DNA of 64,000 bases from Thalia democratica (Eukaryota). Positions 14,418 to 25,586 of this stretch are shown in pieces. The stretch is taken from assembly GCA_965202585.1 (NCBI GenBank), contig OZ241826.1:52452001-52516000 (forward strand), in the 5' to 3' direction. Within the stretch, counting starts at the first letter, position 1; every line of letters begins with the position of its first letter. The notes beneath the pieces are model-generated. The model worked only from the letters and a program-made list of their open reading frames with translations. It was not told the DNA's origin and did not search any database. Position numbers and translations under genes: made by a program.

Positions 14418-15818
14418 GTGTAGGACTTTTTAACTTTTTATGGGTAGTTCTAAGTATTGGGTACTTTTAATAGCCTTAAATTTGCAAAAAAAAAGTACCC
14501 AGCATTTTGTTGATGTCATTAATTTTACTTTGGGTAGTTATTAAGGTTAAACTTTGTAAAAAAAATAAGTTTGCTGTCTAGGCCTATGATAAATTTACTT
14601 TGTTTACTTTTCTAATTATAAAAATAATTGTATCTGAAATAAAACAGTACTAAACATTTCACTATGTTAACAAAACTAAGGAAATAAAATTTTCAACCTT
14701 GATATTTTTGTGTAAGTTACAATTTTAAATTTAACCACAAATTAAACTATTAACTTTGAAAAATTTTCTTTTATAGGTTATTGATGACTTTAAATTATCA
14801 TATTTTATAAAAATTTCATTATTTTAATTGTAGAAGTAGTTTAAAATTTACAGACTTTTTGATGATTTTTTTTTAAACACTAGAATTTTTCAAATTTTTT
14901 AAATTCAAAAGTTCAAGGTTTTTCCAGTTTTTGTTTAAACTCTCAAGTTCCTGGATTCCAGGTGTTTTGGCAACCCTGCTCAAATTTTAAGGAAGTATTC
15001 CTTTCAATATTTAGAAAATAGTAAAAGATGACAATTAAAACCTACTGTACTCTCCTATTTTAATGTTTTATATCAAAAATTTGTTTTGGTAAAAAAAAAT
15101 CTGTATAAAGATACTTTTAGTTTAGATTAAATTTCATAAAGTGACATCAACTTGTAATAAAGGTGATCTACACCCTCCCTGTACCCAAAGTGGCTCCTAA
15201 AGTTTTTTGGGACTTCTTTCAATTTTTCAAAATTAAATATATTTTTTAAAATTCAAGTCTTATTTACTTTTCTTGACAAAATAAGTGATAAGAGTTTCAA
15301 GTCATTCTAGGATTTTGTATAACATTCCAAAATTCTCATAAGCATTTAGGTTTGATGGCACCCCTGTTAACTTTATTTCAAACTATAAAAAGGTAGCTTT
15401 TATTGAAGTACATAACTCATGTATAATTAGAACAAAAAATTTTATGAACGTAATTCATCAATAAACTATAAAAGAAAAATTTTAAAAATCATTTTTTTAA
15501 AATTTTGTTTGAATATAAAATTGTAACTTTATATTAACAAAAAATATTTTTTTATTAATTTGTTAACATAGGAAAATGTTTAGTATTATTCTATTGTTTT
15601 ATTTAAGATATGATAGTTTTCATATTTTCGAAAATTAAAAAAGTGAATTTGTCATAGGCTTAGACAGCAATTTTGTTTTTTTTACAAGTTTAAGCTTCAA
15701 AACTACCCAAAGTAAAGTTAATGACGTCATCAAAATATTTGGTACTTTTTTTTTTTGTGCAAATTTGCTGCAATTGAATGTACCCAATATTTAAAACTAT
15801 CTATGAAAATTCCTACTG
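14418..15818. mobile_element. Foldback/MULE-like non-autonomous element, copy A (1.4 kb, about 370-bp TIRs)
   Basis: Ends gtgtaggac / ttcctactg; exact 9-bp TSD tttaatgaa (14409-14417, 15819-15827); long inverted arms; core is the reverse complement of the core at 61980-62640. Confidence 0.88.
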
Positions 15819-18800
15819 TTTAATGAATGTTTTCTTGGTTTACACAAGTGGCAAGACATAAAGAGTCATAGGGGGTGTGGAGAAAATTAAATTGCCTTGT
15901 ACACAGTTATCACTCGTACCTCAACATTCCATTTTTGATGTATTAACATAACTGCATTTTTTTCAGATTAAATTCAACAACATTAGAGGTAGTTTAAATT
16001 GCTGTGTTACCGCTAAGACGTTATCACGAGTTATTTCAGATGTTTTAATTTTTGCAGATTCGTAACTTTTTTGAGCTAGCTACGGCCCTGGACTGTAGTG
16101 TAGTTTACCAATTGTTTTTTTTTTTGATATTTACACATTGTGCTTTTTTATAATAATCATATTTTAGTTATGTATTTAAGCTTGATTAACAGAAAGTTTT
16201 TAGCTATTTTAACTTTTAGTAAACTTTTAATATAATTCAGACATTATTTCTTTTAAAGTGGCAACCGTGTAAAAGACTAATAAATCACTAATAAGGTATT
16301 TGAGCATAAATTATGTTAAAAAAAGTGATTTAGCTTATCTACAGTATAAATAGATATTAATTTTATTTAATTAATTACTGAATTTACTAAAGAGTAGTGC
16401 AAACTATTTAAGACGCAAAATCTATTTTCAAAATTTAACATTTTTTAAAATATGAAAAGGTAGTTCATAATATAAAAAATGTATAACAGTGACCCATACA
16501 TCTTTTCTAGCTCGGATTTTATAGAGAGTAAGGTTGTAAGTGAAAAAAAAACTTATTAAGTTTAACTCATTAAGTGTTTAAGAAAATATATATTTCATTA
16601 ATATTTAAGCATATTAATCAATGTAAATTCTTTTCCAATAGACATTTATATATTAAGTAGGCATTCTATGTGTAGCTAAAAGTCATTTAAAGCAATAAAG
16701 TGAATAAAAGTAAAACTATCTCTGGTGTGACCAAAACTAAAGCCAAAAGATTATTCAAATATCTTTAAAACTAAAATAGTGGCCCGCGAAGATTTTGAAA
16801 ACTTGAAATTTGGCCCGCGAGCACCAACTGCCTGCCGACCCCTGCCATAAAAAATGCCGACTATTCTTAAGAAAAAGCTTCAACTTTTTCTATACCTAAT
16901 TTTTAATTTATTTTATTTTTCCGTAGTTTTATTGCATTAAAAAAGGGTTGGCCGTAGAAGTAAGGTTTTTGATGTTTTTTAAATTTGAATTCATAATATT
17001 ACGCAAAAAAAATAAGTTAATAATAAAGCAGTTTGTACAATTATCCCTAACCTATTTTACCCAAAACTTAAAGCCTAAACTTTCCCTAAAAAATTTACTT
17101 AATAAAACTTGTACAACTTTGGGCAATTAAAAGCGCCTAAGCTTTGCAGCTTAAAGTTTAGAAAAGAATACAAGCTGTAATAAAGTACTATTTTAGCTAA
17201 AAAAAAACAGCAACTGAAAATAAATCTTGTTGTTTTAATGTTTTTTCAATCAAAAAAATTTATATTGAAAACTGTTATTACGCAAATCGCACAGTTCTTT
17301 CTTCATTTAACGTTTCGCGAAAGTACAGCAACCAAATTACTTCTAACATTCTCGAATTATCTGCGTTACGCTTAGCTAAAACTTGAGTAATGAATACAAG
17401 TTTGTTTTAAATCAAGATATTATCTTTGATTAGTTGCGTGGTTGTTTTCTCATAAAAGTCTTATTTAGATACATTACGTATACTAACTTCTACGTTTTTC
17501 ATTAAGTTTTCTATTATTTTTTTTTTGTATTTTGTATATCAAACCTTCGCAACCAATTCAAACATAAGTCAGAAAAACAAAATAAATATTTTTAATGTCA
17601 CAATAGTTTTTCTAGGAAGTATTGTCTAATAAATCAAAAGTATACGTACTAACTAGTTTTTTTTATTGTTTAAATGTCATGAACTATAAATGGAATTTGA
17701 ATCAATATTACCTAATTTTTAAAATATTCTCTTAGTGTGAGTTCATTTCCGTCAAAAAATTTTTTAAGGTAAACCATCAATTATAGAACTATAAAAATAC
17801 TATCCCCTTGTAATTCATGTAGTACTAACATATTTTTCAATATTTATCTTTGTTATTAAGCAAAATTAATTGTTATAAATTCTTGATTATCTTATCTAGA
17901 AAAAGCTTTTGAGATCTTATCTTTTTTAGGTTTAGCTTAGAGATTACTTTAAAAAAATAGTTCTCGTTAAAGTTTTCAAAAAATCATGTTTTGCTGTTTA
18001 CCTCTTAAATTAGAATAGAATAAGAAATAGTTTAAAAAGATAAACAACTAACTAAAAGTAAAAAATTTCAAGTAAAGTAAGATTAATAAATTTAATCAAA
18101 AATTTATAAATACAAACAACATTACTCGTTTATTTAATTATGCTTTGAGTAAATGCTTTTAACTTTTATTTCATATACATTTGTTGATAATCAAACTTTG
18201 GTACTTAATGTACTAATATGTTTGCAGTACTCAATTCTAGACTTTTTCTATAAAAAAATTATAAAAAAATGTAATTTTTCAATTTTAGAGTTTATAAATT
18301 TACACTACTAAATGTTATATTACAAAAACTTTATAACTGTTTAATACAACCTTATAAACTTTACTTTTTTTTTTTTGAGTCAAAGAAAATAAGCTTTTGT
18401 AAAAATAACTTGAAGAAAATTCAATAAGGCGCTAGATTCTAAAGATTAATAAAATCAAATCCAATTAAAAAAAGGTTTATGTACGCAAGTATGTACATTT
18501 TACAGTATTCTCACGTTAACAATTTATGCTAGTTATTAAGTATGAACACCACTGCAAACTCTATGAAAACTTTCAAGTACATTTTAAAAAAATTGTAAAC
18601 AGTATCATAAATTATGTAGATATTCTTAGTTGTATAACTATGCTTACTTGAAAAGTTTCCTTGCATACTAAAACTTTACACTTATGGTAAGCAATGATTT
18701 CTCATAAATGATTTTGAGAATCAGCAAAAAACATCTTGAATTTAAGTAAACTCTGAGTAGTTTTATTTTAATATATTACGGATACATCTCATTTGACGTT

Positions 18801-19796
18801 AAAAGAAAAATTAAAGCGGTTATGATAATACTAAACAACTTTGTTTTATTGAGAAGAAAATAAATTTCTACAACAAGACAGAAAATACATTATTAAACAA
18901 TTTACTAGTTGGTAATTATTAAAAAACACTTTTACAACATATATTTTAAAAATTTCATGAATCGCATACGTGTTAATGACTTTGTAAGTAACCCTTTAGA
19001 AATACTTTTGATTTTTTTTTCACTTAATAAAGTTTTTAACTAACTTCATATTTAAATATCCTACACATGCATGTATTATCAAGTACATAAAAAGTTTAAA
19101 GTTTTTGAATATAGATGAAAAACTACCTAGTGAACAGCTATTGTAGAAATGAGTGTTTATTAGTTTCATCTTGTCATTTAATCATTTGTATTTATTAAAG
19201 TTTTTGCAATTATTTAAACATTTTATCAAATGAGTTGCATACAGAAAAATTTTTAATTGAAAAAAGATTTAACGTTTAGTCAGAGCATAAAACCAGAAAA
19301 AAAATTGTTCAATTTTTTTATAAAATTTTATAATGTAAAACTAAACATATGAAAATGATAGTAGTTATATCACAAATACAAACATTTTTAAGAATTTTTT
19401 TGTTTACACAATATTGTATATAAAGTATGTCTTTATGTTTTTATGTATAGCTTTTTATGACTATTGTAACAGTTTATACTTTTGATAAGTTTATTGATTT
19501 AATAACTATTAAAATATTAAATAAATCGTAGCTAAATTAAAAAAGATTTTGCAGACCACTTTATCATTTTATATATTTTTTGTCTATGATATTTAGATTA
19601 TACATAAATCTTATGTTGAGAAAATTAAACTAAATATCTACTCTTTAAACCAATCAAATCAGTGCTTATTAGAATTTTTTGTAACAGCAATTAATTGCAT
19701 TATGTTTCTTAAAAGATATTAGATATAGGTTTAAGATTATAACGATTAAAATTTTACGTACTAAGTACTCTGTTTTAAGACTTTTAACGGCACTTT

Positions 19797-21560
19797 TTAC
19801 ATTCTATGCATGCCTGTTTTCTTATAACCCGGTCCGGATCTAATTAACTGAAATAGAGCGTCTTTAGTCAGGTTATTTTTTAATAGAAACAAACGTTTAT
19901 TTTTGAAAATAATAATCTTTCTAAGCTGTTTTAAAGAAACTTTTAGACAAGACACAACGTCTAAGCAAAACTTAATAAAAAAATTTAAAGAGGTAGTTAC
20001 TTCTACAAACAGTAATTCGTCTATTTTGTAAAGGTTAACACACATTTACAAATAATTTATTAGTAAGAAAATTAAAATATAGTTAGCGACAAATTTTACG
20101 TTATTATTAAATATGCATTTTATTCATATAGTTTTAAAATAGTTTTATTAGTTTTTACTTATTTAAATTCAGAAATGAATTTCGACTGATTTTTTGATAC
20201 TATAGATTTCTCTTCTTTACTCTTTTTATGACATACTATCACTATTTTTTCTTTATTTTTTCAAAACACTTTACTGTATTTTAATCAGTTGCCCACGTAA
20301 ACGTTTATTAAGTCGGAAATCAAATAACAAAAGGTAAGTTAATTTTATTCTATTGAAGGTCAGAACTTACTTAAAGATAATAATCAACTTATATAACTAT
20401 CTGAGAAGTGTAATTTAGCATTAACTATTTAGTAAATATAAAAATTTTCGGATCCGGTTGATCCTAATCTGTGGTTCAAGTTGATCACCTGTTGATTTAA
20501 TTTAAATGGTAAAGAGTAAGTTATTAAAGGTATCTGGTTTTCTTCATAAAGCAAAAAGAAATTAAAATCAAGCTCTTGATTCTTAACTCTCAAGTGACTT
20601 TTCATAAGTCATATAAGGTATGGTCTGTTGTGTTGGGCACAATTATTAAAACTAAAGTCAATGAACGTTCTCTTAAATAAATTCTCTATAAGTTATGCAT
20701 TCATTATTAAAAGTACAAGTAAGTGTAAACAACATAAAAAAGTTTATTGTTAAACTTACTTATCAAAGGATGTTGTACTCAAACTAATAGAATTAAAATT
20801 ATTAAAAAAAAAAATTAAGTTTGAATTTTAAAAATTTGGTTACGCCAAAAAAAAAAGTTACAAAAAAGTTATTTGCAAATATACTAAAAACAACACAAGA
20901 ATAGCCGTAAGTCAAAATTCAGTTCAACTTCAAACAAATGTGTATCAAAAATATCTACATCCTTTCTACCATTCATCATCGCTATCTGGCGCAACAATCT
21001 TTTAACTTTAGAAACAGACCATCTAAAATTAGTTCTAATAAATTTATTTTGTTGTTGCTCACGCTTAAACACTCGCTAACTGTATCACTTCTACCCTCAC
21101 TTTCATAATCATTTTCACTGTTACTGTCTCTTTCCTCAATAAAAAACTTATTCTCATTATTGCTATCGACTTATTCAACAAAGATTTTCTCAAGCTCTAC
21201 ATCTTTTTTATTCCCAGAACGGGTTTTCATTATAACGTTCTTTTTCACAAACATTCCTTTCGACTTGTTTTATGGCTTAGCAATGCTCTCCCAAAAAAAC
21301 TTAAGCTCGTACCAACTCTTTCTCCAACATCGTTACAGTCTCTGAGATCTCATCACCTTCATCATCATCTGAGATATAGATATTACCATTATTATCGTTA
21401 TGACCAGAGATCTTGTTTTTATCGTTATCATTGATATCATCACCTTCATCTTCATCTTTACCTTCATCAAAAACTATGTTTTCATTTTTATCACCACTTC
21501 ACTACTATCTTCTTCTGAAGTGGAGTAAAAACTTTCGGTTAAACAAAAATCTGTATAAAT
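19797..21560 (-). pseudogene. Decayed coding relic with acidic low-complexity segments, origin unknown
   Basis: Minus-strand frames give TESFYSTSEEDSS / SGDKNENIVFDEGKDEDEGDDINDND...DDDEGDEISETVTMLEKELVRA* / ...EERDSNSENDYESEGRSD / FKREQQQNKFIRTNFRWSVSKVKRLLRQIAMMNGRKDVDIFDTHLFEVELNFDL, broken by stops and frameshifts; candidate acceptor near 21552. Confidence 0.45.
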
Positions 21561-22292
21561 TATTAACAAAAAAGTGACCGACGTATAATAATTATCATGC
21601 AACAAGTGTACGACAGTAAACTGAAGATGTTAAGTAGGTTATGAAAAAATGTATATAAAACAATTTATTATTTGAAATCTATTAATCTCTTAAAGCAATA
21701 TGGGAAATTTGATGGATAAAAATTGTCGTAGGTTCTGTTGACTTTCCTTATGTAAAAAAAATATTTTACAAACCTTAAAATTATCTACTCTTTCATTTGT
21801 ACCCAAAAAGTAGCTTTAGCATATACCACGTAATAACTTTCAAAAAAATTTTTATATGTATACTATTCAAAATAGTTCAAGTAAGCAAAAAATAAAAGCA
21901 ATTCTTTTTAACCATAAATAAAAATTAAAAGCAAGCTTTTGATAAAGTTGTGTTTTCAATCTTAGTGCAGTTATTTATTTCCAAACTCTGTTTGTGTTTT
22001 TAAAAACTGTTCATTTGATAAACGAACAAGGTTCCAATAATAAAAATGCTTTTAAGTTAAATAATTTAACGTTTTAAACTATTTTTTACTTAAAAAGTTT
22101 ATTACAGAATATTTTATTCAAAGTGATAATAAAAATATATGTTACTTTCAGTTTAATTTTTATAATAACAAAAAAGTTTTTCAGGCTATAAAGACTAACT
22201 GTTGCCGTCCGTATTTAAGATTATGTTCATTTGAACTGTTATTTGTTTTTTCTTTTTGTTTAGTAGAAATGCGTGTTTAAATACATTTTTAA

Positions 22293-22400
22293 GTTCTAAA
22301 ACTACTTACTAATATAGATCTTATTGAAACAAGTTCGTTGGGTATCGTTCTAAAACTACTTACTAATAAAGATCTTATCGAAACAAACTCGTTGGAATAT
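22293..22400. repeat. Tandem duplication, 2 x 54 bp
   Basis: gttctaaaactacttactaata.agatcttat.gaaacaa..tcgttgg starts at 22293 and again at 22347. Confidence 0.85.
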
Positions 22401-22422
22401 ATAATAACAACAAAATTAGTTA

Positions 22423-22804
22423 CAGTACTTGCTTTAATTTACTGACGCACGTTTTTTATACTTAACTTGTTACACAGTTCCACAAGTGCTGAAAAATGAT
22501 AGAAGATAAAAAATATGTAAATGTGTTTTAAGTAAATATTATCCTTATTTATAACAAATTAGTTAATAACAATCACTAATATATACTAATATACTAACCT
22601 TTTCAAACTCTAAATAATTAATGTATATATTGCGTTTACTTTAAGTCGTCTGTTATAGTTATGACTTATATTTAGTATAACGCATGTTCATCTTTTTTAT
22701 CTATATTCTATGTTACTTTTGCAGTGCTAACTTTTTTAGATCTCTGTGGAACTGTTAAATATTTATACAGAGAAACATAAGTCAGTTAAATGAAGCAAGT
22801 ACTA
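22423..22804. mobile_element. Old Tc1/mariner-type MITE
   Basis: ta|cagtacttgcttt..tttactgac pairs with gtcagttaaatgaagcaagtact at the other end; inner inverted match acagttccac / gtggaactgt. Confidence 0.6.
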
Positions 22805-23289
22805 TGAAATTTTTGTACTTATAAGTTATAAGATTATATTTTAAATACTATTGAATTAACCCATTTGTATAAAATATCGAGAATTAAAAAAAGTATTAAG
22901 CAAAATAAAAGGTTTAAAGTTATTATTGTTAAATGTTAATGCTTTATTGTTTACTGTTTTGTCAGACTAATTTTAATTACTCGTCAGTCGTAAGTTCAAT
23001 TTGATATTTAAAATTAAAAACTTTAAGTGAAAAAATTTAAATTTTTTGTTAGCTATGTTAAATTATTATGAAACAGTAAAAATTTTGTGAAAAACAATTT
23101 TTCCTTCTTTTCTTACAACAATGAATGGTTAAATTAATATATAAAGTATAATTTGAATTTTTTTTGAATAAAATAATTTTTCACTTTATTTTGCTTAATA
23201 TATCATAGAAAGAATAGTTTTAAATACTGCAACATTGTCAAATAAGTTGATAATGTAATTTTTGTGTTTACTATTGAAAATTTTTTGAA

Positions 23290-23362
23290 TTTTATTCTGA
23301 CCAATCTGTCCGGATAAGTGAGCGTCTGGATAAGTGAAATCCGGATAGGTGAATAAGCACTG
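23290..23362. mobile_element. Right end of a pogo/Tigger-type MITE
   Basis: Repeated (c)cggataagtga subterminal motifs ending ...aataagcactg|ta; left end not found. Confidence 0.6.
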
Positions 23363-24028
23363 TACAACACTGGATATAAACATAGTAAATCAAAATAATG
23401 TTTAATCAACTTTTATCTTGAAACTTACTATAAATTGACATTTTTCCTATTTGATCAATTTTAGAACCCACCTTACACAAATATATAAAAAATTATTAAA
23501 AAAGAAGGTTCAAGAATTAAAACATAAAATTAAAACAAGTAAAATATTAGCTTATCAAAAACACCTTAAATTTGCAGCAGACGGTAGATTTTTGGTAGTT
23601 GGTTTGGTAATTGGTATGGCCTATTGGTAGTAAACAAAATATGAATAACAAAATTAAAAGTCTTAAAATGTTACTCACATAGTTAAATAATTTATTCTGC
23701 AGTTCATTTATATAAACTTATGCACTGTATCATGCTTTGCAATGGCTTAGCCTTAAGAAACCTATTTTGTTTTTCCACTAGAATTCTTTGAACTTCTTAT
23801 GGCCTTAATTAAAAAAAGTTTTTAAAGCTAGTTATATTATATTAGGGACAATGCATTAAAGCATGGCTATGGAAGAACCTGATGATTGTTTAATTAAACA
23901 CTAAAAAGAGTCAATTTCTCAATTTTTATTTAAAAGATTACCAAAAAATCTACCTAAAGTTATTGGATTTTAAATTTATATTTTGTAGCTGAAATAAAAA
24001 TCTTTTTGTATATGTGTTGACCATTGGG

Positions 24029-25200
24029 CAGGGTTGCCACACACCCAGTTTACTTAATACAATAATCAATATATAGTTTATTGAACAACAAAAAAGTGCT
24101 CAAAAAGTTTGGTTCTAGAACCTGGTGCATGAAGAACCTTTTGGTTTCTAAAGAAAGTTTGAAATTTTTGAAAACCACAGGATAACCAAGGCTAGTTTGA
24201 ATTTTATAAAAATCTTAGTATGACTTAGTCTAGGTTTTTTTAATAAAAAAACTCAGGATAGTTTTGTGATTTAAAAAAATCTCAATCTAGTTTTTTCTAG
24301 ATCTTGAATGATTAGTTGTTACAGTTTCAATATTTTGGTATTTAGAAACTAATTTTGTTCAAAAACTTTACTTTTATTGCTTTTGAAAAGTTTATTTAAG
24401 ATTTTTCTAAAGGAATTAAAAAAAACCAAGCATCACTCAGGAGGGTTTAAAGTCACTCAGGATAAATTTTTTGACCCAAAGCAAGGTTGCCACACACTTG
24501 GGATACTTAGTAGTCTCCGGAAAGTTCCAAGTTTTGAACTCATGCTAACTCAGGTTGTTTGAAATTAAAAAAAATCAATCAAGTTACAACTCAGACCAGT
24601 TTAGTTAAAAATAAAACTCGACAGTTTTAAGATTTTATCAAAATCTAAGTCCAGTTTATTTTCTAGATCTTAAATTTAGTTGTTCAAGTTTAAATATTTG
24701 ATATTTATCAACCAATTTTGTTTTAAAGCTTGATTTATATTAATTTTTAAATTATATATATATTATTGAACATATTTAAAGTCTTTTTTAAATGGTTTGA
24801 AAAAACTTTGGACAGTTTAAGGTCCTCCAGTTTATAGTACTTTGACTCTAAAAGTGGCAACCCTGACTGGTTTTACATATTTCAAAATTTTCTCAGAAAG
24901 TTTTCAAAGCAATCATTAGTACTTTTACACCATCAGGCTTCATTTACAACAATTATATAACACTTCAAGTTAAAGCTTTTATAATATGGTTCTAATGTTA
25001 TGAAAATTTTAAGGTTTCTGCACACTTGAGCTACTCAAGGTAATCCTAGTCAGTTTGAAATTCTTAATAAATCAGACTACATAGTTTGAAATTTTTTGAA
25101 AAAGTTAGGATGACTGAGACTTGCTAGACTTTTTTGCAAAACTTAGGCTAGATTGGGTATTTATTAAATATGAGACTAGTTTTTTTGCTTTTAACATTAT
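24029..25200. mobile_element. Cluster of 2-3 degenerate CAGGGTTGCC-family MITE copies just upstream of NSUN4
   Basis: cagggttgccacacac at 24029, caaggttgccacacac at 24482, ggcaaccctg end at about 24863, third body at about 25016-25200; shared actcagg(a/t)t motifs; another copy at about 27646-27990. Confidence 0.65.
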
Positions 25201-25550
25201 TTCTTAAAAACAGTTTTTTATATAGTTGTTTGATATTTTTTAGATATTTTTAGTTAGTTAATTTTTACTAATAGTATTTATTTTTTTCTCTATTTTTAAA
25301 AATTTTTGTGTGTAATCAGGCCACAAATTTTTTTCTGCAAAAAAAGTACGTATTGTAATACAAAAAATTTTAGTAATATATAAGTAAAATAATTTTCAGT
25401 TTTGTTATATACGTGTATTTAAGTTAAGACAGTCATTAATTAATACAAAAATAGTTGTTCTACACACTAAATTTATAATATTTAAAATTAGCTTTGTTGT
25501 AACCTTCTTATAAGGTTTTATCTAATGAAATAGTTTTTTCTAGCTGTTTA

Positions 25551-25586
25551 ATGAAAAAGGAATGTTATCTTTTAGACCAGTTTTAA
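25551..25586 (+). promoter_or_regulatory. Out-of-frame upstream ORF overlapping the NSUN4 start
   Basis: ATG AAA AAG GAA TGT TAT CTT TTA GAC CAG TTT TAA; T at -3 (weak context) versus G at -3 for the NSUN4 ATG. Confidence 0.45.

Larger units (their letters stand above)
11499..16844. mobile_element. 5.35-kb defective hAT (Charlie/Buster/Spin-like) element with nested insertions
   Basis: TIRs caggggtcggca / tgccgacccctg; subterminal ggcccgcg repeats at both ends; exact 8-bp TSD ccataaaa at 11491-11498 and 16845-16852. Confidence 0.92.

Noticed and set aside
12779-14988. Pairing of gtgttgcc (12781) with ggcaaccctg (about 14988) or ggcaaccgtg (16269) as one element
   Set aside because: No TSD match; the 14988 end belongs to the foldback core and is also present in the 61602 copy.
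23195-23409. Two overlapping minus-strand ORFs with TYPD repeats
   Set aside because: They are translations of the subterminal repeats of a pogo/Tigger MITE end.
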